A program made the translations under genes and the position numbers. Below are positions 7,992 to 17,185 of a stretch of 64,000 nucleotides of DNA, one piece after another. How positions within the stretch are numbered: the first letter of the stretch is position 1; each line of letters begins with the position of its first letter. The DNA comes from Tolumonas sp. (GTDB lineage: Bacteria; Pseudomonadota; Gammaproteobacteria; Enterobacterales; Aeromonadaceae), in the NCBI GenBank assembly GCA_029265125.1, contig JAJUJX010000015.1:748-64747 (forward strand), given 5' to 3'. The notes beneath the pieces were generated by a model. It had not been told where the DNA came from and ran no database searches. It saw only the letters and a program-made list of their open reading frames with translations.

Positions 7992-9893
7992 TTAATGATG
8001 AAGTTTCATCCGTCCCTGAGAGAAAGCATCACTGCTGAACTGATACCAGGCAATCGCTTCTTTTATCAATTCGGCATCAGTTCTGACGGTTTTAGCAAAC
8101 GTCGGCTCCAGCAGCTGAATTTCGGGTTCTTTACGAGGGCGAAGAATAACGAGCCGATCGGGCGTCAGATAACCCAGCCCCTGATAGGTTGCAATGAATG
8201 CCCGCTGTGGCCCACGCTGGGTCGCAAAGACATCAGCTCCCATGAAATCAGATTTGTACGAAAAATTCAGTAATCCAAGCAGTGTTGGTGCTACATCGAT
8301 CTGGCTCATCAGCCGGTCAATTTTTTGTGCAGGCAGGTGTGCAGGTGACCATATGATAAGGGGGATGTGATAGCGTTCTACAGGCAGATCCGTTTTACCT
8401 GCACTGGAGGCGCAGTGGTCCGCTACGATCACAAATACAGTGTCTTTATACCAACTGTGAGAACTGGCTTGCTTGATAAAGTTGCCAATTGCCCAGTCTG
8501 TATATTTGACGGCGGCTTCGCGGCTTCCTGTTGGTAAATCAATGCGATGCTCCGGAAAGGTGTATGGCCTGTGGTTACTGGTTGTCATGATATGAGCAAA
8601 AAATGGTTTGCCTGTTTTACTGCTTTGATCAAAATCACGTAACGCCATGTTATATAAATCTTCATCGGCAACGCCCCAGATATTTTCATGGGTGATCTGG
8701 TTACTGGTTAGCTCGAGACGATCTTTCACATTGTAACCGTTGCTGCCAAAGAAATAGTTCATATTGTCGAATGTTCCGTAGCCACCATACAGGAATGAGG
8801 AGTCATACCCTTTACTGTTAAACACACTGGCCAGTGAAAAAAGTGATTCATTGTTTGGTCTGCGGACAATCGATTGCCCTGGTGTTGGTGGTACGGCAAG
8901 AGACAGTGCTTCCAGGCCACGGACAGTGCGGTTCCCGGTAGCATATAAGCGGGTGAACAGCATACCGCTATCGGCAAGATGATCCAGATTCGGTGTAAGT
9001 TCTTTGCTATTTCCGAATTGACCCAGATAGTCAGCGGAAAGACTTTCAACAGAAATCAGCACAACATTCAGTTTTTTCTCTTTGCCAGAGTGGTGAATTA
9101 TGCGCTCTATACTCTGATTAGACGCAGTTGTGAATTGTGCATCTGGTGTGGCCAAGCTGCTACGCACAAGCATTTCTGCGGTGTTAGTATCTTCAGTCTG
9201 ATAAAACTGTCGGTAATTCAACTCGTTGTTATTGAAAGCGTAAAACAGAGAATATAAACCGCTACCTGCCAGCTCGTTTGCATACCGGTTTTCCCTCACA
9301 TCTTTCATCTGGCCGGATAAGCCCAGATTAACCAGCACCTGGATAACGATAATGCCAAGCAACATTTTTCTGCGGGCAATATGTCCAAGTTTATATATCA
9401 CAGGCAGGCGGTTAATTCCAAAAGTCAGAGCAATACTTGTCATTGCACACAAACTTAGCCAGGTTGAAAGGGGATACGATTCTCTGATGTTTCCTATGAC
9501 TTCATTGGTGTAGACCAGATAATCGACAGCAATGAAATTAAACCGGCTTTCGAATTCCCCCCAGAAAACCCACTCACTGACAGCCAGAAATACCAGAGAA
9601 AAGGCTGTAATAATGCTAAAAAACCAGCCAGCACTAATCCATATTCTGTTTTTTCGCCATCTTAAAGGAACAATAGTCAGCCAAATAATGATTGGGATCA
9701 GCACATAACTTAAAGTTGCCAAATCATAGATAAAACCACTGGCGAATGCATATACCAGATCAGTCGGTGACAGACTGTTTTTGGGGATAGCCATACCCGT
9801 CAGCACTATACGGCTGATCGTATTAGTGAAGATAAAAAGAACACCTAACCAAATAGTAAAACGATAACGATTGTGAGAACTGCTTTCTTTCAC
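7992..9893 (-). CDS. LTA synthase / sulfatase-family membrane transferase (COG1368-like phosphoglycerol or phosphoethanolamine transferase)
   Basis: The 633-aa product has about 5 N-terminal TM helices followed by an alkaline-phosphatase-superfamily domain (VVLISVESLSADY...TGNRTVRG...ADHCA). It has a GTG start. Confidence 0.75.
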   Translation of the reverse strand: MKESSSHNRYRFTIWLGVLFIFTNTISRIVLTGMAIPKNSLSPTDLVYAFASGFIYDLATLSYVLIPIIIWLTIVPLRWRKNRIWISAGWFFSIITAFSLVFLAVSEWVFWGEFESRFNFIAVDYLVYTNEVIGNIRESYPLSTWLSLCAMTSIALTFGINRLPVIYKLGHIARRKMLLGIIVIQVLVNLGLSGQMKDVRENRYANELAGSGLYSLFYAFNNNELNYRQFYQTEDTNTAEMLVRSSLATPDAQFTTASNQSIERIIHHSGKEKKLNVVLISVESLSADYLGQFGNSKELTPNLDHLADSGMLFTRLYATGNRTVRGLEALSLAVPPTPGQSIVRRPNNESLFSLASVFNSKGYDSSFLYGGYGTFDNMNYFFGSNGYNVKDRLELTSNQITHENIWGVADEDLYNMALRDFDQSSKTGKPFFAHIMTTSNHRPYTFPEHRIDLPTGSREAAVKYTDWAIGNFIKQASSHSWYKDTVFVIVADHCASSAGKTDLPVERYHIPLIIWSPAHLPAQKIDRLMSQIDVAPTLLGLLNFSYKSDFMGADVFATQRGPQRAFIATYQGLGYLTPDRLVILRPRKEPEIQLLEPTFAKTVRTDAELIKEAIAWYQFSSDAFSQGRMKLHH

Positions 9894-10082
9894 GGGAGAA
9901 GATACCTACAGCAATGGATTATTAGCAGAGTATTAGCATCGTCTTAATACATCCTTAAAGTTAATGATTGGTTGCCTCAATTTGTGAAATGGAACTGAAG
10001 TAGGTGCCTGATGGCAACGGCATGGAGGCAATAGATTGGAAAATCAGTTAATCTCATAGAGATGTAGAAAGTGGAGATAGAG

Positions 10083-12662
10083 ATGCAACAACCAGCAGGT
10101 ATATCAGCACAAAAATGGATATGGCGAGCCATGGTACGCAGTGCTTTGGTTCCGTTAGTGCTGGTTGAAACGGTTCTGATAGCGGCATATCTGATTAGTA
10201 ACAATATGATCCGTGATGCCAACATGTCTTATCTTTACCAGAAAGTTGACAGTGAATTGCAGATCGTTACTCAGCAGGCTGCAGATGTGATTCATGAACA
10301 ATTGCTGGCTGTATCAAGACAGGCTGAAATCTACCGGACAGAAGTACAGCGAGTGCTAACAAATGAACATTTTCTGGTTTCAGATGCTGAAAAAGCAAAT
10401 TATGCTTTGTCACCCAAAGGAGTTTTCCATTCAGTCAAAGATCTTGGTGGCGCAGCTTCTTTTTATTCAGCTGCGACTCCTGCAGAAAAGCAAAATAAAG
10501 AAAAAGTATGGCGATTATCTCAGCTTGATCCGTTAATGCAGCAGATCAAAATGAATAATCCTCTGATTGCTGCGGTGTATTTTAATAGCTGGGATTCGTA
10601 TAACCGTATTTATCCGTGGTTTTTTACGCCAGAGCAGTATCCGGCAGATATGGTGATTCCTGATTACAATTTTTATTATTTGGCTGATCAGAAAAATAAT
10701 CCATTACGCACAGTCAGCTGGACCGATGTTTATATTGATCCTGCCGGAAATGGCTGGATGGCATCCTGTATCGCTCCTGTTTATAACGGTGATTTTCTGG
10801 AGGGTGTAATTGGGCTCGATATCACTGTTGAGACAATCATCGAAAAAATTCAGCGCCTGCAGATTCCATGGGGAGGATATGCGATTCTGGTTAACAATAA
10901 TGGCAATATTATGGCACTGCCGCCTGAAGGAGAAAAAGACTTTGGGTTACGTGAATTAACGACCCATAGTTATCAGGAAGCCATAAAAAAAGAGATATTT
11001 AAACCAGAAAAATTTAATTTGTTTTTGCGGGAAGATTTGAATAAAACCATTTTCGATATTAAAAATAAAGAAACCGGGAATGGTGAACTGCAACTGAAAG
11101 GTAAAAATAAAATAATCTCATGGAATACCATACCCGGCATTCGTTGGAAATTAATAACGATTGTTGATGAAAATCAGTTATATGCAGAAACTAATAGTTT
11201 AGCTAAGCAATTTGAACAGATCGGTTATCTTATGATCATTGGTCTGATTGCTTTCTATGTTATTTTTATTGGCTTTATCTGGTTTAGTTCACGCTCAATC
11301 AGTAAAGCTGTGTCTGAGCCTTTATTGCATATGAAAGGCATGGTCGATCGGATAAGCAAAGAAGAGTATCAGCTGGATTCCCCTGCATTCCCGCTGGCAG
11401 AGCTACGCGAAACTGCCCTTGCTATCGTTGATATGGGGCAAAAGCTCGACAATATCACACATGATTTACGCAAGGCGAAAGAGGATGCTGATGAAGCCAA
11501 TAAGGCAAAAAGTCTGTTTCTCTCTTGTATGAGTCACGAATTAAGAACACCACTGAACGCGATATTAGGGTTCGGCCAATTATTACAGCGCAGTGAAAAT
11601 AGCCTGACAGACCGGGAAAGACAGGATTATATAGATGAGATTATGACGGCCGGGCATCATTTGCTCAGGTTAATCGATGATGTTTTGAGCCTGTCTCGAC
11701 TGGAAACAAAAGGCCCTGCCTCAGACATAGAACCGATTGATATTATAAGAATAATTAATGCCTGTAGTGATATGTTGCGTCCTATGGCAGTTAAAGAACA
11801 ACTGACACTACGGGTGAAATTACCTCAAACCGTTATATTGGTGATGGCTGATGCAACCCGTGTTCGTCAGGTTCTGCTTAATTTTATTTCAAATGCCATA
11901 AAATATAATAAGCCTAATGGTGTAATCGATATTTATGCTGAACTCAAAGATCATTTTTTACGAATCAATGTCCGTGATAGTGGTCAGGGCATTCCTGCAG
12001 ACAAACAAAAAGATATATTCACACCATTCAGTCGGTTAGGAAATGAAACTTCTGGTATTCAGGGAAATGGTATCGGGCTGGCCATCTCAAAACACTTGGC
12101 AGAGTCGATGAATGGACAAATAGGCTTTTCCAGCCAAGAGGATGCAGGTTCGGTCTTCTGGGTTGATATTCCGTTGGCAGAAAATTCAGATATTTCGCTC
12201 TCAGAGTTAATGCTGTCTGTTGATGAACAACAGGAGGACACAACTCAGTCTGGCACTGATGATGCCGAAGAAGGGGCTCCGCTGAATGTGCATTCTGCGC
12301 TATGTATTAACTGTGATCCGGATTTAGTTGGACAATTGATCAGGCTTGCAGCCAAAAACAATACCGCAATTGCCTCAGTGACTACCGCAGACGATGCTCT
12401 GAATATGCTGAAACGGAGTCGGCCTGATCTGATTATAGTGAAGGCTCATCCTGACGACATGGATGCATATATTCTGTTAGAAAAATTGCGTCAGACAGAT
12501 ATGCTTAAGTTTATTCCGGTTGTGTTGGTGACGAATGAAATATTCTCCGTTACCCAACATACTAATTCTGATCTGGCGTTCGATTATGTATTGATCTCGC
12601 CTGTTGATGTGCTGCACGCATGGGCAGTAATTCAAAAAATGCTGAACTACGCACCAAAATAA
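10083..12662 (+). CDS. Sensor histidine kinase: dCache sensor, HAMP, HisKA, HATPase_c and a degenerate C-terminal receiver
   Basis: The ATG at 10083 is preceded by GGAGA. The protein has TM-Cache-TM topology, an H-box SHELRTPLNAILGF, N/G boxes (NAIKYNK, DSGQGI, GNGIGLAI), and a C-terminal REC-like fold lacking the phospho-Asp and the conserved Lys. Confidence 0.85.
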   Translation: MQQPAGISAQKWIWRAMVRSALVPLVLVETVLIAAYLISNNMIRDANMSYLYQKVDSELQIVTQQAADVIHEQLLAVSRQAEIYRTEVQRVLTNEHFLVSDAEKANYALSPKGVFHSVKDLGGAASFYSAATPAEKQNKEKVWRLSQLDPLMQQIKMNNPLIAAVYFNSWDSYNRIYPWFFTPEQYPADMVIPDYNFYYLADQKNNPLRTVSWTDVYIDPAGNGWMASCIAPVYNGDFLEGVIGLDITVETIIEKIQRLQIPWGGYAILVNNNGNIMALPPEGEKDFGLRELTTHSYQEAIKKEIFKPEKFNLFLREDLNKTIFDIKNKETGNGELQLKGKNKIISWNTIPGIRWKLITIVDENQLYAETNSLAKQFEQIGYLMIIGLIAFYVIFIGFIWFSSRSISKAVSEPLLHMKGMVDRISKEEYQLDSPAFPLAELRETALAIVDMGQKLDNITHDLRKAKEDADEANKAKSLFLSCMSHELRTPLNAILGFGQLLQRSENSLTDRERQDYIDEIMTAGHHLLRLIDDVLSLSRLETKGPASDIEPIDIIRIINACSDMLRPMAVKEQLTLRVKLPQTVILVMADATRVRQVLLNFISNAIKYNKPNGVIDIYAELKDHFLRINVRDSGQGIPADKQKDIFTPFSRLGNETSGIQGNGIGLAISKHLAESMNGQIGFSSQEDAGSVFWVDIPLAENSDISLSELMLSVDEQQEDTTQSGTDDAEEGAPLNVHSALCINCDPDLVGQLIRLAAKNNTAIASVTTADDALNMLKRSRPDLIIVKAHPDDMDAYILLEKLRQTDMLKFIPVVLVTNEIFSVTQHTNSDLAFDYVLISPVDVLHAWAVIQKMLNYAPK

Positions 12663-12715
12663 ATCATAAAAACTTGTATGATGAGGAAATTATGAAATGG
12701 AGCGTCGTGTGAGCC

Positions 12716-13138
12716 ATGAATACAAATTCAGAAAAATCAGCAGCGAATGAACAGATTTTTGATAGACATATCCTTGTCGTTGACGATATTCCAACCAATC
12801 TGAAATTATCCAAGGCATTTCTGAATGGTGGAGGATATCAGCACGTCTATCTGGAAAGTGACCCAGCCCGGGTCTCTGAATGGATGAATAGTGTTGATAT
12901 CAATTTGCTGATACTTGATCTCAGCATGCCACAAAAAGATGGGCTGAAACTCTATGCTGAATTGAAAGAAGAATTTGGTAAACGCTTGCCACCAGTCATT
13001 TTTCTGACGGCTTTACACGATAACATGTGGCGCGAGCAAGCTATGGCATTAGGTGCCCAAGCCTTTATTACTAAACCGTTTGATCAGTTACAAATGCTGG
13101 AATGCATCAGTGAAATATTGGGTCAGACCGCTTCTTAA
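12716..13138 (+). CDS. Stand-alone CheY-like response regulator receiver
   Basis: The 140-aa product keeps all canonical REC residues (VVDDIP, LLILDLSMPQKDG, IFLTA, ITKPF). Confidence 0.85.
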   Translation: MNTNSEKSAANEQIFDRHILVVDDIPTNLKLSKAFLNGGGYQHVYLESDPARVSEWMNSVDINLLILDLSMPQKDGLKLYAELKEEFGKRLPPVIFLTALHDNMWREQAMALGAQAFITKPFDQLQMLECISEILGQTAS

Positions 13139-13252
13139 AAAATGATTTAAAATGATTTCTGCTGTTTCTGGATCGGTTGACCTGCTAGCATTCGCAGCAT
13201 AAAGCTGACAGGTTGTTTCGCCTGACTGTGTTAACCGATCCGGAGTCATGTT

Positions 13253-16200
13253 TTGTCTGATTCAATTATTCATTCGCTGCAAAATCAACTATCAGAATGT
13301 TTGCCTGCCGATAAGGTTCAGTTACAACGTCGTTTGCAGGGAATTCAGCGATTACCAGCTGATAAAAAAAACGCTGTCTTGGCCATTATTAAACAGGAAC
13401 TTGAAAAAGCCCACCTGCGATCCAAGCTGCGTCAGCAAAATATTCCTCAGTTACATTATCCCGATCTACCGGTTACGGATAAACGCCATGATATTGCCGA
13501 AGCAATCCGTAACCATCAGGTTGTGATTGTTGCAGGTGAGACTGGCTCTGGTAAGACAACTCAGTTGCCTAAAATCTGTCTGGAAGCAGGTCGTGGCCGG
13601 CAGGGGATGATAGGGCATACACAACCCCGTCGTCTGGCTGCAAGAACAGTTGCGGCCCGTATTGCAGAAGAATTGCATTGCGAGCTGGGTTCTCATGTCG
13701 GTTATAAAGTCCGTTTCCATGATCAGGTTAATGAAAATTCCTATATCAAACTGATGACAGACGGTATTTTGCTGGCTGAAATTCAGAATGATCGCATGTT
13801 GATGCAATATGACACGCTGATCATCGACGAGGCGCATGAGCGCAGTCTGAATATCGACTTTATTTTGGGTTATCTGAAACAGTTATTACCAAAACGCCCT
13901 GATTTAAAGTTAATCATCACATCGGCAACCATTGATCCACAGCGTTTCTCTCGTCATTTCAGTAATGCGCCAGTTATCGAGGTGTCAGGGCGTACCTATC
14001 CGGTTGAGGTGCGTTATCGCCCTTGGCAGGAGGAAGAGGATAGTGACCCATTGCAAGGGCTCTTTAATGCAGTTGATGAACTCTGTGCGGAAGGGCTAGG
14101 CGACATACTGATCTTTATGAATGGCGAACGCGAGATCAGAGATACCGCTGATGCGCTGCGTAAGCGGAATTTGCGGGATACAGAAATTCTGCCGCTCTAT
14201 TCACGTTTATCCAATGCCGAACAAAACCGCATTTTTTCACCGCATATTGGGCGACGGATTGTTCTCGCAACTAACGTTGCCGAAACATCGCTGACTGTGC
14301 CGGGGATCCGCTATGTCATTGATCCGGGTACAGCGCGTATCAGTCGTTATTCTTACCGTACCAAGGTTCAGCGGTTACCTATAGAACCTATTTCGCAGGC
14401 GAGTGCGAATCAGCGTAAAGGGCGTTGTGGCCGTGTTGCAGCCGGGATCTGTATCCGCCTGTATTCCGAACTGGATTTTCTGGGGCGACCGGAATTCACC
14501 GATCCGGAAATTCTGCGAACGAATTTGGCCTCGGTCATTCTGCAAATGCTGGCGCTTGGTCTGGGGGATATGAGTCGGTTCCCGTTTGTCGAAGCGCCTG
14601 ACAGTCGTCATATCAAAGATGGCTTGCGTTTGCTGGAAGAGCTAGGGGCGGTGACTGGTTCGATAGAGGGAAGGAATGGCCTGCGTTTAACACCATTGGG
14701 GCGTCAGCTTTCTCGCATTCCGTTGGATCCCCGCTTAGCCAGAATGGTACTGGCAGCACCGAAATTCGGCTGTCTGGACGAAATTCTGATTGTGACATCG
14801 GCACTGAGTATTCAGGATCCGCGTGAGCGTCCGATGGATAAGCAGCAAGCTTCCGACGAAAAACATAAACGATTTGAGGATAAAGACTCCGATTTTCAGG
14901 CATTTTTAAACTTGTGGAAATATGTGCAGGAACAGCAGGAATCGCTGAGTCAGAATCAGTTCCGCAAGCAGTGCCAGAAGGAATTTTTATCTTACCTGCG
15001 CATTCGCGAATGGCAGGATATTCACTATCAGGTTCGCCAGGCTACCCGTGAGCTTGGGCTGCAAATCAATCAGCAGCCTGCGCCTGATCAGGCCATGCAT
15101 AGTGCTATTTTGACCGGGTTACTGAGTCATATAGGTATAAAGGATGGTGATAAACCGGAATATATTGGTGCCCGCAACGCCCGGTTTATGATTTTCCCCG
15201 GCTCCGGCTTATTTAAAAAGCCACCAAAATGGAGCATGGTTGCAGAATTAACCGAAACCTCCCGTCTTTATGGCCGTATTGCTGCTCGTATTCAGCCGGA
15301 GTGGATCGAACCTCTGGCCGGACATCTGATCAAGAAACATTACAGTGATCCCCGCTGGTCGAAAAAGGCGGGGGCTGTGCTGGCATCTGAAAAAGTGACC
15401 TTGTATGGCATTACTCTGGTTGCAGATCGTGAAGTGCAATACGGCACAATTGATCCGGTTGTCAGTCGAGAACTGTTTATTCGTCGTGCATTGGTCGAAG
15501 GGGATTTTGATACGCGTCACCGCTTCTTTGCAGAAAACCGTAAGCTGCTGGCCGAGGTGGAAGCATTGGAGGCCAAATCCCGCCGGCGCGATATTCTGGT
15601 TGATGATGAAACGTTGTATCAGTTTTATGACGCTCATATTCCGGCAGATGTAGTCTCAGCTCGTCATTTTGATAGTTGGTGGAAAGAAGCGAGCAAGCTG
15701 AATCCTGAACTGCTCAATTTCGAACGTGAAATGTTGCTGCAGGGCGATGCGTCACATATCAATGAACATGATTACCCGAATCAATGGACTCAAGGCCGTT
15801 TGAAGTTCCGGCTCTCTTATCAGTTTGAGCCTGGCGTGGAGGCTGATGGTGTTACTGTTCATATACCACTGCCATTGCTGAATCAGGTAGAGCCAGTAGG
15901 GTTTGACTGGCTGATACCAGGAATGCGACATGAGTTGTTGGTCGCACTGATTAAATCGTTACCTAAGCAATGGCGTAAAAATTTTGTACCTGCGCCCAAT
16001 TATGCGGATGCGCTGATGGCTTCTGTTTCACCGGAGCAAGGGCCATTACTGGATGCTATTGAGCGACAATTGAAGCGTATGAGCGGGCTGACAGTTCCTC
16101 GTGAATGCTGGGACTGGAATGCGATACCCGATCACCTGAAAATGACTTTTCGTGTGATTGACGATAAACGCCGCAAGATTGCGGAAAATAAAGATCTGCT

Positions 16201-17134
16201 GCTGCTGAAAGATCAATTGCGGGAGCGGGTACAGCAAACACTGTCGCAGGTAGCGGATGATGATATTGAACAGGAAGGGCTGACACTGTGGAGTTTTGGT
16301 CCTCTACCTCAGGAATATAGTCAGAAACGGGGCGGGTTTGAGGTGAAGGCTTATCCGGCATTGGTTGATCAGAAAGATTCTGTAGCCATCCAGCTGTTTG
16401 ATTCTCCGGTTGCTCAGCAAGCGGCAATGTGGGAAGGACAACGTCGCCTGATCCTGCTTAACGTGCCATCACCGATTAAATATCTGCAGGAAAAACTGCC
16501 TAATAAAGCCAAATTAGGCCTGTATTTCACACCGTTTGGCAAAGTGGCTGATTTGATTGATGATTGTATTGCCTGTGGGTGCGATCAGCTGATGCGTCAG
16601 CATGGCGGGTTGTCTTGGGATGGAGATGTTTTCCAGTTGCAGAAAGAAGTGATCCGCGGGGAATTAAACGAGGCTGTCGTAAAAATTGCGGCGCAAGTGG
16701 AACAAATCCTGACGGCAGCCCATGGCATCCGCAAACACTTCAAAGGCAAGATGACGCTGGAGTTGGCTTTTGCTCATTCAGATATTCAGGCCCAGCTTGA
16801 TCGCCTGATCCACAAAGGTTTTGTCACCGAAACCGGTGCGGAACGTTTGCCGGATTTGATGCGTTACATGAAAGGCATTGAGCGACGAATGGAAAAAATT
16901 CCGGTAGATGCAAACCGGGATCGCATGTATATGCTAAAGGTTCAGCATGTTGAGCAGGCCTATCAGCAGTTATTAGGGAAATTAGCTCGCGGTCAGGCGA
17001 TTCCTGAGGAAGTTCGTAATATTCGCTGGATGATAGAGGAATTGCGTATTTCTTTCTTTGCTCAGGTGCTGGGCACGCCATACCCAGTATCAGATAAGCG
17101 GGTTTTGCAGGCCATTGATGCTATAAAACTGTAA
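13253..17134 (+). CDS. hrpA: ATP-dependent RNA helicase HrpA (DEAH box)
   Basis: The 1293-aa product contains GETGSGKTTQLPK, DEAHERS, SATID and QRKGRCGR motifs and is colinear with E. coli HrpA. It has a TTG start 8 nt after GGAG. Confidence 0.95.
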   Translation: MSDSIIHSLQNQLSECLPADKVQLQRRLQGIQRLPADKKNAVLAIIKQELEKAHLRSKLRQQNIPQLHYPDLPVTDKRHDIAEAIRNHQVVIVAGETGSGKTTQLPKICLEAGRGRQGMIGHTQPRRLAARTVAARIAEELHCELGSHVGYKVRFHDQVNENSYIKLMTDGILLAEIQNDRMLMQYDTLIIDEAHERSLNIDFILGYLKQLLPKRPDLKLIITSATIDPQRFSRHFSNAPVIEVSGRTYPVEVRYRPWQEEEDSDPLQGLFNAVDELCAEGLGDILIFMNGEREIRDTADALRKRNLRDTEILPLYSRLSNAEQNRIFSPHIGRRIVLATNVAETSLTVPGIRYVIDPGTARISRYSYRTKVQRLPIEPISQASANQRKGRCGRVAAGICIRLYSELDFLGRPEFTDPEILRTNLASVILQMLALGLGDMSRFPFVEAPDSRHIKDGLRLLEELGAVTGSIEGRNGLRLTPLGRQLSRIPLDPRLARMVLAAPKFGCLDEILIVTSALSIQDPRERPMDKQQASDEKHKRFEDKDSDFQAFLNLWKYVQEQQESLSQNQFRKQCQKEFLSYLRIREWQDIHYQVRQATRELGLQINQQPAPDQAMHSAILTGLLSHIGIKDGDKPEYIGARNARFMIFPGSGLFKKPPKWSMVAELTETSRLYGRIAARIQPEWIEPLAGHLIKKHYSDPRWSKKAGAVLASEKVTLYGITLVADREVQYGTIDPVVSRELFIRRALVEGDFDTRHRFFAENRKLLAEVEALEAKSRRRDILVDDETLYQFYDAHIPADVVSARHFDSWWKEASKLNPELLNFEREMLLQGDASHINEHDYPNQWTQGRLKFRLSYQFEPGVEADGVTVHIPLPLLNQVEPVGFDWLIPGMRHELLVALIKSLPKQWRKNFVPAPNYADALMASVSPEQGPLLDAIERQLKRMSGLTVPRECWDWNAIPDHLKMTFRVIDDKRRKIAENKDLLLLKDQLRERVQQTLSQVADDDIEQEGLTLWSFGPLPQEYSQKRGGFEVKAYPALVDQKDSVAIQLFDSPVAQQAAMWEGQRRLILLNVPSPIKYLQEKLPNKAKLGLYFTPFGKVADLIDDCIACGCDQLMRQHGGLSWDGDVFQLQKEVIRGELNEAVVKIAAQVEQILTAAHGIRKHFKGKMTLELAFAHSDIQAQLDRLIHKGFVTETGAERLPDLMRYMKGIERRMEKIPVDANRDRMYMLKVQHVEQAYQQLLGKLARGQAIPEEVRNIRWMIEELRISFFAQVLGTPYPVSDKRVLQAIDAIKL

Positions 17135-17140
17135 AATAAA

Positions 17141-17163
17141 ACGGGCCTCATGATGAGGCCCGT
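17141..17163. terminator. Hairpin terminator shared by the convergent hrpA and the 626-aa gene
   Basis: ACGGGCCTCAtgaTGAGGCCCGT. On the minus strand it is followed by TTTATTTTA. Confidence 0.75.
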
Positions 17164-17185
17164 TCGCTATTAAGAATTACTTTTC

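Noticed and set aside
13139-13252. The direct repeat AAAATGATTTAAAATGATTT and a 9-bp long-range stem (GGATCGGTT...AACCGATCC) in the hrpA leader.
   Set aside because: These are short and AT-rich with a ~57-nt loop, so I cannot distinguish them from chance without comparative data.
13248-13526. A 92-aa ORF starting at an ATG 5 nt upstream of the hrpA start.
   Set aside because: It is in a different frame from the HrpA-homologous translation, which starts at the TTG at 13253 with a GGAG RBS.
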